The notes beneath the pieces are model-generated. The model did not search any database. It was not told the DNA's origin and worked only from the letters and a program-made list of their open reading frames with translations. A program made the position numbers and the translations under genes. A stretch of DNA of 64,000 nt, taken from an uncultured delta proteobacterium (GTDB taxonomy: Bacteria > Desulfobacterota > Binatia > UBA9968). Shown here piece by piece: positions 1-10,658 of the stretch. The stretch is taken from positions 32,001 through 96,000 of the forward strand of contig CAVWLW010000069.1 in NCBI GenBank assembly GCA_963755715.1. The letters are read 5' to 3'. The first letter of the stretch is position 1; each line of letters starts with the position of its first letter.

Positions 1-1415
1 AATAGTTATGGATATGAAACCAGTGATCATCGGGCATATTGTTTTTCTTGGTGAACTCGACCCATTCCTTGGCCCATTCAGGCGAATCCGGTCCATGATG
101 CACGCGGATGCCGTGACCGTAGTGCATAACCCCGCTGCGGTTCCGTTCGGTAACGTTGTCGCCGATTTGATTTTCGTCTGGTCGCTTGTAAAACTTTGGG
201 TTGGTGCCGAGCGCGGCTTCGTAGAGCAGCCAGTAGCCCGGACGATCGTGATAGGGATAGGTGAGCTTCGTTGATCTTCGGATATTTTAGAAACTCGCGC
301 CAGGCTTCGGCGTAGACACCGCTTCCCCTAACATCGGCGACATAGCCGTCTTTGATTATAACTTCGGTTCGGGGAAAATGCCCCGCGTGATTTGCCGTGC
401 CGGCAATCACGCCGTCGGCCTTCGGCGTCGGCGAGCGCGGGTTCCATTTCTTTTGAAACGCCGGATATTCGACGACGGAATACGGGAATCGGCCCGTGGC
501 TTGATTGGGGAACATGTAGAGATGTCCTTGCTGGTAAACGCCGCGCGCCCAGCGCTCCGACATATCTTCGGTTAAATCGCTGCTGAGGTTGGTTCCTTCT
601 GGATCTGTGATCTCCAAACGATCCGCCCAGGCGATCGGCTCGATGGTGCGCTCTTCGGCCAAACGCCAGACATCGCCCGGAAATTGCGAGATCTTGCTCA
701 TCACCGTCCAGCGATTGTCGAAAACCATCACGCCAAGAAATTTCTCTTCGTAGGGCCGCACGTAACGTCTCAATGTCGTCGTCCCGGCTCTGCCCCAGAA
801 AAAACCTCTGACCTGGGGATTTTTCTCCAGGTAATCCTTGATCCCCTTGCCGATGTTCTCGCGGTCGAGCTTCTTTTGCGCTTCTTTCAATCGTTCGGGC
901 AACTGGGCGCGTGCCGGATACAACGCGTCATACAAATCGGGGCGTCTCTCTTTGAGCCACTTTTTTGGAACTTCAGGATCCGCGAAGCGCCCATCGATCC
1001 ACTGTCGCGCTTCGATGTAACCCTGCTCGGCAGTGAACTGGCGGCGCGCTTTGAGCAGTTCCGCTGCCTCGGCGCGGCTAACGCCGACCAATTCATAGTC
1101 GTGCAGCAGTTGAACCTTTACCCCGCGCTCTTCGATGGCTTTTTTGACCGCTTCGACAATCATGTCGTCCGCGGTCGCTTCGAGAACGATGGCGATGGCT
1201 TCGCCTTTTTTGACCATACCGAATCCGCCGCCTTGTAGCCCCGTGGTCTGGCTCGCAATAGAGCGCGCAAACGGCATGACCTCATCGATCGACTTCGGCG
1301 CCTTGGTGTAAGAAGGAAATCGTGGCGACGGATACGTGGCCTTCTCCGCAGCGTATGAAAACTCACTCTCTGTCAGAGCGACCGACAGGCTGAGCAAAGC
1401 GATCCATCGCTTCAT
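1..1415 (-). CDS. Exported M29/NicX-like (leucyl-aminopeptidase-like) metalloprotein, paralog 1; frameshift near 268, runs off the left edge
   Basis: Signal peptide MKRWIALLSLSVAL; YPSPRFPSY, DPEGTN and QQGHLYMFP motifs. Removing one A near 268 restores ELTYPYHDRPGYWLLYEAALGTNPK..ERNRSGVMHYGHG..DHWFHIHN, matching the three paralogs at 10.6-15.9 kb. Family assignment is from motif resemblance only. Confidence 0.75.
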
Positions 1416-1584
1416 AAGACCTCCAAGTTTTCCTCGTTTTCTTTTTATAGCTATCGATCTTCATCCATCCTAGCATTGCCTGAGTCGATCCTTCTCGATT
1501 CTGGCCGGTCGCCCCTTGGGTTCGAAAACATTGCGCGTTCAATTTTTTCAAGCCGCGAAAACTTTGACGGATAGTCATCCATAG

Positions 1585-2676
1585 CTAATTTTTCCAGAGC
1601 TGAGTAAAAAATCCGCTCTGTTCGATTTCTTGCAACACCGACAGATCGACAAAGCTCTCCGGCGACGCTTTCTTGGCTTGCGGGTTCCGCTCAGCCATTT
1701 CATCTATAATAAACTTTATTCCCTTAAGCGTCGGGTAGGGGATTTTTTCGAGTTTTTCTGAGTAGAACGTATAGGCGTCGTCCAATATGTCCTTGTCATC
1801 TATTCTTAAATACTTTTTCATCACCTGAATGGAAAAATCCCGGTCCGTAATAAACCGGTGCAGACCCTCGGCGTAGGCTTGGAGAAAGCCCTTCACCACG
1901 GGCCGCCGTTCGCGCATGTATTTAGTCGTGACCGTGACACAAGTCTGCTGAAGGTCCACGCCCAGCGTGTTCAAATCAAATAACTGTCTCATGCCAAGCT
2001 TTTTAGCGCGACTTGTTTGCGGAGGGTTGGCAAAGCCCGCTTGAATCGCCCCTCTCTCCAGCGCGGTAATGATCTCAGGCAAGCCGCCCATCTGAACGAC
2101 GGCCACATCCGTGTTTCGCTTCAGGCCGTAACGCTGAAGAAAAATTGACACTGCCGTGTCGCTCAAGGCGCCAAATCGAGATATCCCGAGCTTCTTCCCT
2201 TTGAGCTGCTCGGGACTCGTAATTTCCGGACGAGCGTAAATCGTGCCGGCAAGCTTGTTCTGCACACTCGCGATGATTCTCACGTCGGCCCCTGCCAAGA
2301 TCGCCCCGGCGGTAGAAACGCCGGTTACTTGAGCCAGCTGAATTTCGCCCGCAATCAGCGCTTGGGTGGCTGCAACCGCAGGGATATAAATGAGATCCGC
2401 TTCTATACCGTACTTTGAGAGGTAGCCTGCTTCTTTTGCTATCCAAGGAGCGACTTGCCCCGCGTTCAGAGCTGCATACGCGAACTTGATCGGTTGAGCG
2501 AAAACATCTGCGCTGCTTAAAAGGAGTAGCGTCAAAGACAGCACCAGATGCTTTATGAAAAACCGCCAGCCTAGTCGCCTGACCGAAACGATCGCGGCTT
2601 TCCTCTCATGGAGACTTCTCGTGGGGCCGTATGGAAAATCTGCGAGCAACGTTCGTGAGTGATCATAGAAGTTCAT
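1585..2676 (-). CDS. ABC substrate-binding protein, NMT1/SsuA/TauA family
   Basis: WIAKEAGYLSKYGI and LKGKKLGISRFG motifs; hydrophobic signal region; GAGGAGG RBS upstream. Confidence 0.85.
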   Translation of the reverse strand: MNFYDHSRTLLADFPYGPTRSLHERKAAIVSVRRLGWRFFIKHLVLSLTLLLLSSADVFAQPIKFAYAALNAGQVAPWIAKEAGYLSKYGIEADLIYIPAVAATQALIAGEIQLAQVTGVSTAGAILAGADVRIIASVQNKLAGTIYARPEITSPEQLKGKKLGISRFGALSDTAVSIFLQRYGLKRNTDVAVVQMGGLPEIITALERGAIQAGFANPPQTSRAKKLGMRQLFDLNTLGVDLQQTCVTVTTKYMRERRPVVKGFLQAYAEGLHRFITDRDFSIQVMKKYLRIDDKDILDDAYTFYSEKLEKIPYPTLKGIKFIIDEMAERNPQAKKASPESFVDLSVLQEIEQSGFFTQLWKN

Positions 2677-2716
2677 TTCACGATCCTCCTCTGTTACATT
2701 GCTTCATGCCTCATCT

Positions 2717-3673
2717 TCATTTCGCGGTGATCCCTAGCTCCTTCTGCGCATCTTTGAGAATCGAAAGATCCGCAACTTCCGATAGCGAAATCTCGCGCTC
2801 CACCTTGCCGAGCTTTTTTAGTTCGTCAATCACCAGGAGCATTCCCTTTTCGGGCACGCTTCCGTCTTCGTTGAAGAGCTTCAAGACGTTTTCATAGGTG
2901 GCCGTTGCCATCTCTTTATCAATCTTCGACCACTCCGTCATGAACTGAATTGTGCTCTCGCGATTCTGACGGATATAACGTGTGGCCTTGATCCCAGCCT
3001 TAATCACCCGCTTGACCTCATCCGGTTTCTCTTTGATCCTTTTTAGGCTAGCGACCACACCACTGGTAGGGTAACTGAAAAGTTCGTACGCCCTCGCAAG
3101 CACGACAAAACCCATCTTCTTACCGAGAAAATCCAGCGGGGGAGAGCCCATCGTGCCGGCGGTCAACCCCTGCTTCATCGCAGAAAAGCGGCGTTCGTTC
3201 GTGCCTAATGGAAGAAACTTGATGTCCTTGTCAGGGTCAAGCCCAAAATGCTTGAATATCAACCTTGCCGTAGACTCCAAAGCGCCGCCCGAGGTGTTGA
3301 GTCCAATTGCGTTACCCCTCAGCTCTTGAACGGATTTGAATTCGGGACGTGCAATGAGCGCGCTGGGGGAGCCCGGCACGTAACAGGCCAGCACTCTAAG
3401 CGGCGCTCCCTGGATCGCGGCCGCGACCGAATTTCCAATGACCGTCCAGTAATCAAGTTCTCCGCTGACTAATGCGGCGAGTGCAACGGTGGGATTTATG
3501 CGGATGATCTCACCTTGAAGACCATCCTCTTTAAAGAAGCTTCGCTTTTCTGCTAAAGCCAGAGGAAGAAATTGGGCGTTGAGTTCCGGAACGCCGATCC
3601 TGATCTTATCTGCGGCATGGACCGAGATGTGAAAGAGAAAAAGAACGAGCAAAGCGCCAAGAAATTTCTTCAT
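2717..3673 (-). CDS. ABC substrate-binding protein, NMT1/SsuA/TauA family
   Basis: Signal peptide; LAEKRSFFKEDGL and GLDPDKDI motifs; tandem paralog of 3713..4663. Confidence 0.85.
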   Translation of the reverse strand: MKKFLGALLVLFLFHISVHAADKIRIGVPELNAQFLPLALAEKRSFFKEDGLQGEIIRINPTVALAALVSGELDYWTVIGNSVAAAIQGAPLRVLACYVPGSPSALIARPEFKSVQELRGNAIGLNTSGGALESTARLIFKHFGLDPDKDIKFLPLGTNERRFSAMKQGLTAGTMGSPPLDFLGKKMGFVVLARAYELFSYPTSGVVASLKRIKEKPDEVKRVIKAGIKATRYIRQNRESTIQFMTEWSKIDKEMATATYENVLKLFNEDGSVPEKGMLLVIDELKKLGKVEREISLSEVADLSILKDAQKELGITAK

Positions 3674-3712
3674 AAGGCACCTCCGCTTCGTACGACCGGC
3701 CCAAATCGAAAA

Positions 3713-4663
3713 TTACTTTATCCCCATCTCCCTCTGTGCCACTCGGAGAATCGATAGTTCCGCAACATCGCTTAAAGAAACTTCTCGGGTCACCTTGGCC
3801 GCCCTCTTCGCCTCATCGATCAGAAGCCGCAGCCCGCTATCAGGGAGATTGAGATCTTCACTAAAAGTTCCCACGGAAGAATCGTACGTCGCCGCCGCCA
3901 TCGCGCTATCGATCTTCAGCCACTCCGCCATGATTGGCAGTGTGCCGTCACGATTCTGACGAATATACCGGTTGGCCTTGATGCTAGCTTTAATCGCCCG
4001 CCTGATCTCATCCGGCCTTTCTTTTATTTTCTTCGCGCTGGCGATCAATCCGCTGACCGGAAAATTGAATAGTTCATTCGCGCGGGCTAGCACGACAAAC
4101 CCCAACTTCTTACCGAGAAAATCCGTGGGCGGCGAGCCTAGAGTGGCATGAGTCAATCCTTGCTTCATCGCGCCAAAACGAGAGTCGAGTGGCCCCGTTG
4201 CGAGAAACTTGATCTCCGTGTCGGGATCAATGTTGAAATGTCGCAGCATCAGCCTGGCCATCCCTTCGAGAGCTCCAGCGTAAGCATTCACGCCGATGGT
4301 CTTACCCTTTAATTCGGGGACGGACTTTATTTCCGGTCGGGAGATTAGCGCAGTGGGAGAAATTGGCACGTAAGCAGCCACGAGCTTGACGGGCACTCCG
4401 CGGATCGCCGCGGCAACCCCAGGGCCAAGCACCGTATAGTAGTCGATGTCACCGCCGACCAACGCTTGAAACGCAATCGCAGGATTTATTCTGATGAACT
4501 CTCCTTGCAGTCCTTCGTCTTGGAAAAAGCCGCGCTTGTCCGCAATGGCCAGCGGAACGAACGGCGCAGCGAGATCTGGGAATCCGATCCTGATTTTCTC
4601 AACAGCAAAGGCTGACGTCTCGAGAACAAGGATCGCGAGCAGGGCCAAAAGACTCGTCCGCAT
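3713..4663 (-). CDS. ABC substrate-binding protein, NMT1/SsuA/TauA family
   Basis: Signal peptide; ADKRGFFQDEGL and LKGKTIGV motifs. Confidence 0.85.
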   Translation of the reverse strand: MRTSLLALLAILVLETSAFAVEKIRIGFPDLAAPFVPLAIADKRGFFQDEGLQGEFIRINPAIAFQALVGGDIDYYTVLGPGVAAAIRGVPVKLVAAYVPISPTALISRPEIKSVPELKGKTIGVNAYAGALEGMARLMLRHFNIDPDTEIKFLATGPLDSRFGAMKQGLTHATLGSPPTDFLGKKLGFVVLARANELFNFPVSGLIASAKKIKERPDEIRRAIKASIKANRYIRQNRDGTLPIMAEWLKIDSAMAAATYDSSVGTFSEDLNLPDSGLRLLIDEAKRAAKVTREVSLSDVAELSILRVAQREMGIK

Positions 4664-4753
4664 CGGAATCCTCCTGGCTATCGCGCTGAGTCGCTTTGTA
4701 TCAGCTCCCTTTGCAACAGTCCCGGTGGCGACCGGCGCAGTCTTGAACCCCGC

Positions 4754-6302
4754 CTACTTGAACTCCGCCTTCTTGCTCAAATAGAACTTGCGCATCGCCG
4801 GGCGATACTTATCCATCATCTCCCGGTTCAGGTCAACCGGCGGCTTGGCGCCCGGAGGCAGCAAAGAAAAATATTTGATCTCTTTCGTATCTTGCTCGAA
4901 CTGTTTCTTCGCCGCGGCAAGCAATTCCGGCGACGTCAACAAATCGAGGATCGAGGCCGCCATCACTTTGGCGCCCACCACGGCGCCTTTATGGGCAATT
5001 GAAGTCGTCGGCGCGATGCCGGCCGTCCAATGGTGCGCTTGCACTCCTGGTATTGCGGAGGGAAAACGCAGCGAGCCCATCGGTACGTTCCAAGTATAAT
5101 CACCGATATCGTTGGACGAAGTGTTCTGCGTGCCGGCGCGAAGCGGCGCGACTTCCGTCGATAACCCTACTTCTTTGGCGCCGATCGACTTCTGCACCTC
5201 CTTGGCGAACTTAATTTCGTCATCATTCCACTTCGGCATCCTCACCATCTCAATATTTTTCTGAATCGCTTCGGCGATCGCTTTGTTGCCGAGCGACGGC
5301 CACGCCGCGCCGAAGGGCTCCATTTCCATCGTCGTCCCCGTCATTAATGCAGCGCCGCGCGCAATGTTGACCAGCTTGTCAAAATTTTCCTTCGCCCAAG
5401 GTCCGTTGGCGTCGCGAATAAACCACCAGATCTGGCCAACGTCGGGAATAATGTTTGGCTGTACGCCGCCGATGGTGATCGCTCGATGGCCGCGGTACGT
5501 CGGCCGCAAATGTTCGCGCAGCTTGTCGAAACCGATATCCATCAACTCGACGGCATCGACTGCGTCGATGCCGTCCCAAGGATTGACGCCGCCGTGTGCG
5601 GTTCGTCCCTTGAAAGTAAACTTGGCGCCGATCAACGCGTAGTTCTGTAAGCCGTAACCTGTGGAGAGGCTATCTTGAATATGCGTGATAATGCCGGCAT
5701 CGACGTCTTTGAGATAACCGTCACGCACAAGATAAGGCCGGCTCATCAACTGCTCTTCCGCGGGACCGATCGAGAGAATCACCGTGCCTGCAATCTTGAA
5801 TTGCTCCATCGCTTTCTTGACTGCCTGCGCCGCCCCCACGGACATAGCAGCCATGACGTTATGGCCTTCCATATGTCCTGGCGCGCCCTCGACGAGCGGC
5901 TTGCGCGGAATGCTTCCCGGCGTTTGCGAACCTTCCGGTAGCGCATCCATCTCGGTGGCGATCAGAATCACCGGCTTACCCGATCCCCATGTCGCCCAAA
6001 CATTGGTCGGTAAACCCGCCCCGCCTAGCTCGACTTTGAAACCGATCTGCTCCAGCGTGCTTTTCAAATATTTCGAGCTTTCGTATTCCTGCATGCCCGG
6101 CTCGGCGAAATAGTAGAGCACGTCGCCGACAGTCGCGATTGCCTCGGCATTGCGGTCGACCGCCTCGAACGCGACCCGCTTGGGATCAGAGGGAGAGTCG
6201 GCCGTTGCTGGCGACCAAGACAAACGTGAGAACCAACACCGCCAGTATGAGCATAATGAAACTCAAGCTCTTACGAGAGAAAGTTCGTTGCAGCCATCCC
6301 AA
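4754..6302 (-). CDS. M20 family amidohydrolase (AbgB/aminobenzoyl-glutamate hydrolase-like), probably exported; frameshift near 6224
   Basis: EMDALP, GHMEGHN, PAEE, GRTAHGG and SNDIGD motifs. An upstream frame after a GGAGGA RBS encodes MGWLQRTFSRKSLSFIMLILAVLVLT, which joins the ORF if one T is removed. Confidence 0.85.
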
Positions 6303-6371
6303 AGTCCTCCGTTATGCGACGATTAAGCCTGAATTGCCGTAAAAACAGGCACCGAAACGTTGATCGAATAC

Positions 6372-6698
6372 CTAGGTGTCATTCCGAGCAGAGCGAGGAA
6401 TCTCGTCCTTGAACCATGCGGCACTGAGGTCGAGCCATTTAGGATTCATCGAATCGATCAAACGTGTTTTCTTCGCCCGCCGCCAACCTTTGATTTCTTT
6501 CTCTCGGGCCAATGCTGCCTGAACATCACTCGTTTCTTCGAAGTACACAAGTTCCGAAATATTGTAACGACTGGTAAAGCCAGGAATAATTTTATTCTTA
6601 TGTTCGTAGACACGGCGTACCAAGTCATTCGTAACGCCCGTGTACAGAGTACGAGAAGTGTTCGTCATGATGTATACAAAGTATTGGTCGCGAGGCAT
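6372..6698 (-). CDS. Small GIY-YIG nuclease (YhbQ/UPF0213-like)
   Basis: YFVYIM..TLYTGVTNDLVRRVYEHK..FT..Y..LVYFE..ALAREKEIKGWRR. Confidence 0.92.
   Translation of the reverse strand: MPRDQYFVYIMTNTSRTLYTGVTNDLVRRVYEHKNKIIPGFTSRYNISELVYFEETSDVQAALAREKEIKGWRRAKKTRLIDSMNPKWLDLSAAWFKDEIPRSARNDT
6377..6404. repeat. REP-like palindromic unit at the left end of the GIY-YIG cassette
   Basis: TGTCATTCCGAGCAGAGCGAGGAATCTC; imperfect inverted copy at 6720..6748. Confidence 0.75.
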
Positions 6699-6719
6699 GC
6701 ACTAACCCAAAGATCGGTC

Positions 6720-6748
6720 GAGACCCTTCGCTCGCGCTCAGGGTGACA
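6720..6748. repeat. REP-like palindromic unit at the right end of the GIY-YIG cassette
   Basis: Reverse complement reads TGTCACCCTGAGCGCGAGCGAAGGGTCTC. Confidence 0.75.
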
Positions 6749-6812
6749 CCCAAAGAGGACTTTTACTTGCCACGATGGGAACACTAAAAAACATGAATTC
6801 GAATGACGCGAA

Positions 6813-7529
6813 TCACACAAAATTCCCATCGCGCATATTGTAAACTTTTTTGAAATGCTCGACGGCCTTGGGATCATGGCTCGCCATGATCACCGTCTTG
6901 CCGTATTTCTCGGCGAGTGACAGAAAAAGTGCCGTGATCGTTTCAGTGTTTCCCGTGTCCAGATTGCCAGTGGGTTCATCGGCGAGAATGAGCGCGGGGT
7001 CGTTGGCCAACGACAGCGCCACGGCGACCCGTTGCTGCTCGCCGCCGCTCAGCTCCTCCGGCCGCTTGTTCGCTTTGGCGCCCAGGCCGACCATTTGCAA
7101 CAAGCCGTCGACGCGCTGTTTACGCTGCGCCGCATCGACATCGGCGATCAGCATCGGCAGCTCCAAATTTTCTCCCGCCGTGAGGGTCGGAATGAGATTG
7201 AAAAACTGAAAAACAAAGCCGACTTTGTGGAGCCGGTATTTTTCCAGATCGCGCTCGGAAAGTGCCGCGAGCTTCTGGTCGCCGACGAGAATGTCGCCGC
7301 CGGTCGAATGGTCGACTCCGCCGAGAAGATTGAGCAGCGTCGTCTTGCCGCAGCCGGACGGCCCCATCAATGCAACCGCCTCGCCCGGACCGATTTCCCA
7401 ATCGACGCCCTTCAACGCCCGCACTTGTTCCGCGGAAGTTTCGTAAGCCTTGGTCAGCTTGGCGACTTTGACCGGCACGCCGCGATTCTTGAAAAAACCG
7501 TTCTCCGCCATGATGTCCTCCGAAGTCAC
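6813..7529 (-). CDS. ABC transporter ATP-binding protein, LolD/MacB-like
   Basis: Walker A GPSGCGKT, signature LSGGEQQRVAVA, ILADEPTGNLD. Confidence 0.93.
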   Translation of the reverse strand: MTSEDIMAENGFFKNRGVPVKVAKLTKAYETSAEQVRALKGVDWEIGPGEAVALMGPSGCGKTTLLNLLGGVDHSTGGDILVGDQKLAALSERDLEKYRLHKVGFVFQFFNLIPTLTAGENLELPMLIADVDAAQRKQRVDGLLQMVGLGAKANKRPEELSGGEQQRVAVALSLANDPALILADEPTGNLDTGNTETITALFLSLAEKYGKTVIMASHDPKAVEHFKKVYNMRDGNFV

Positions 7530-7536
7530 AATGATT

Positions 7537-7610
7537 GGAGTGATGGAATGTTGGAGTACTGGAGTGATGCACTCGGCCTACCCATGACTCCATCACTCCA
7601 TTACTCCAGT
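7537..7610. repeat. Intergenic 8-mer tandem repeats (GGAGTGAT-like) facing their inverse (ACTCCATC-like)
   Basis: GGAGTGATGGAATGTTGGAGTACTGGAGTGATG...ACTCCATCACTCCATTACTCCA; similar unit at 46563..46630. Confidence 0.7.
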
Positions 7611-7620
7611 GCCCTACTCG

Positions 7621-10573
7621 TTATCCTTCCGTCATGCTCGTGCGCGCCGAGCGGCGGAATACCCATAGGCTAAAAAGCAACGCGATGGCTACCACAACCG
7701 CCAGCAATCCGAGGCTGATCCACACAGTCCAATCGGAAATCACCAGATGTGTCGGCAACAGATGAACGACAGACTTCAGTTCGCGCAGGCTCCAAATCAA
7801 ATTCGTCAAACCGAAGCCGGCGGCGCCCGCAACCAAGAGACCCACGACAAGACCGAGCAATGCCGGCGCGAGCAGGCTCGAAGCAAAGAACCTGAAGAGC
7901 AACACCGGCGACACGCCGCGCACGCGCAGCAAACCTAAAGTGCGGCGGTCTTCGAGATAGTTCGTCAACGCAATGGCGAGAATCGCGATCAGCGCCAAGA
8001 GCACGCCGCCGATGAGATAGATCCGCATGTTCTCCAGCGCGAGAAAGATAAACATATCGCCGCCAACCTTCTTCAGCTCGCGCTTGAGCTCGCGCACTTC
8101 CAGTGGACGAGATTTGAGCGTTTGCGACAGAGACTTCACAATCGCTTGAGCGTCGCCGTCCGGTTTCACCCGCACGAGCAAGAGAATGCGCGGAATCAGA
8201 ACTTTAAGATTGGCCATTCGCGGGTTGTCCATCGTTCCGACGAGATAGGCATCGGTGCTGGAAAGATAGTTCAAGTAATCGATGCGCGCCGAGACATAAC
8301 TCTGCCGATCGGAAATGCTGCGCGGCGGCATGCCGGGAAGAAAGCCGACGATGCCGCTCGCGGGTACCAACACCGGTTTTTTGCTCAGATCGGCGCCCAA
8401 CAGCACCGGCTCGCCCGCGCTCAGGTTCCAAAACGCCGCCACCGGTGGCGACGCCGCAATGGTTTGACCCTTTAATTCCGTGATCACCTCGCTGAACTTC
8501 CCGGTGACTCCCAGTTTTTCTTCGAAGATGGTGTTTTTCAAATAGCGCTGTGGATCGTCGATCAGATAAAGCGGGACGCCGCTGAGTCCGTATCCCGGAA
8601 AGAAAAAACCGGGCAAAATTGCTTCGAAGAGATACTCAATCGACGTTACCTGTGGGTGTTGAAAGGAAGCTAGACGTTCTTTCAAGGCCGAGCGAATCGC
8701 TTGCACCTGGCCGCCAAGTCCCTGTTCGAATTGCTCCGCCGAGACCAGATCGGTGGGACTAATCGACACGTGCAGTTCGCTGCCGACTTGCACCGTGGCG
8801 CCGCGCAGCGCTTTGTCTTCGAAAGACTTGGACGCGATGCTCGGATACAAGCTCACGCTCGCCATCAGGCCGACGATCAGAAGAAAACTCGAAATCCGGT
8901 GCGGCTTGAGCGACATATGCTTGAGCGACAGCGTGCGCAGCTTGCCGCCGACGAAGTAAGTCACCGAGCTGAGCAGCCCGCTGATCAATTGGCGCTGGGC
9001 GACGAGCAGCGCGACCAGACCGTAAACGAAAAGCGGCAGGGCGATGAAATCGAGCGCCCGATCGAGCATGGTCGCGGCTTGAACAAATTGAGTCCACGCC
9101 GCGCTGTCTTCCTCGCCGGCGACGAGATGCGACGACAAACTGTAATCGGCGATCCAGCCGACAATCTTGTAAGCGCCGATCAAGAGCGCGAGCCATTCCA
9201 GCGCAGCGAAACCGCTGCGCGCTTGGGTCAGCTCCGACACCGCCACGCGGCGCGACGCCTCGAGCGGTGAAATCGTCGTCGCATAACGAATCAGCTTGCG
9301 GCTGATCAGCAGGACCAACACTAACCCGACGATCAAGAACAACAACATCAGCAGCGGTCCCTGGACGCGTGAGAGGGTGGTCCAGGACAGCACGCCGCCT
9401 TCGTAAACATACAGCGGAATGAGCGTTCCCAGCGTCAGTCCGATGATGCCGCCAATCAGCCCGCCAAGCCCGATCGAGATCAATAGACTTTGGCCGAGCA
9501 GTTTTCCCGGCACGCCGCGCAGGCGCATGAGACCGAGCTTGCGCCGCTCATTGAGAATCAGCAGTGACGAAAGATTCGACGCGAGCATCCAGGCAATCGC
9601 GAGCAGAGGAATAGCGATCAGTAGCGTCGCCAAGCCGATCAGGCGGGAGATTTCCGCCATGCGCTTGAGCAGAACAAGAATCGCGTTGTCGACAAAGATC
9701 GTCGGCCCCAAAGATTTGGATTTTTGATCAACCTCGGCATGGAGCTTCTCTAAGATTTGCCAGCGAACCTTGAATATCCCAGCCGGAGATCAGCGCCTTT
9801 CGGTCGACGCGCGCTAGATGAACGACTTCCGGAAGATATTCCCCCGCGGTCACGTGAATATCGGTGTGATCGCCGAGCGCTCCGCGCGACAATGCATCGA
9901 AGCGCTGGAGCAGTTCGAAGCTATGGGGCACGACGAGAATGACGCCGATGTAAGGGACAAAAGAAATCGAGCCGATCTCATCCATGAAATAGCGATTCAC
10001 TTCCGAACGTTCCAAACGCACGATACCGCTGAGCGCCATGTCAAAAACGCCGGCGCTGGTCTTTTTGTGCTCGGAGTAAACTCGCACGGTAAAGCGGCGC
10101 GAGCCCTGGAGCGCCAAATACGCTTTGCCCATGTGCTGCTCGGGACCCACGAGCGCAAGAAATGCCTTGTTGCCGTTGGCCGCCGTCGGCCGCGCTTCGG
10201 GCGGCAAGAGCGAAACGTCGGTCGCCGACAGAACCGACACCCAGGGTGATGCGAGCGGCTTGCCGTCGACCATCAGAATCGCTTCCGGCGGCGGTTTGGA
10301 GCGCAGGAAACTCAAGCTTTCGACCCGTTGAATGCCGGAGATCTTGCGCAATATCGGCGAGACTTCAGCGGAGATTGAAAAATCGCTGGTCTGGTAAAGC
10401 GCAATGTCCCAGGACAAGCGTGAAAGCTGATCTTCGATATAGAGCTTCAGCGCATAATGGGAGGCCAAATTGATCGCCGCCAATAAACCGGCGACTAAAA
10501 GTGTGACGATCCCGAAAGCAAGAAAGGCTCTTTTGCCAAGAATTTGCGCAAGTCGGACGTGCAGGCTGCTCAC
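7621..10573 (-). CDS. Large FtsX/MacB-type ABC permease with two FtsX modules; frameshift near 9745
   Basis: ERRKLGLMRLRG and EDRRTLGLLRVRG FtsX motifs; many TM segments; ORFs 9728..10573 and 7621..9711 join on removing one base (ANLRELHAEVDQKSKSLGPT). Confidence 0.85.
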
Positions 10574-10658
10574 TTTTACATTTTGGATTTTAGATTTTCG
10601 ATTAGGGATTCAACACAGGATTCCGGTCGAGAACCTAAAACCTCATGTCCTTTCCTGC

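Noticed and set aside
9728-9730. TGA ends of split ORFs (permease at 9728, asmA at 48496) as further Sec or readthrough sites
   Set aside because: The downstream halves are in different frames, so these are frameshifts rather than in-frame recoding
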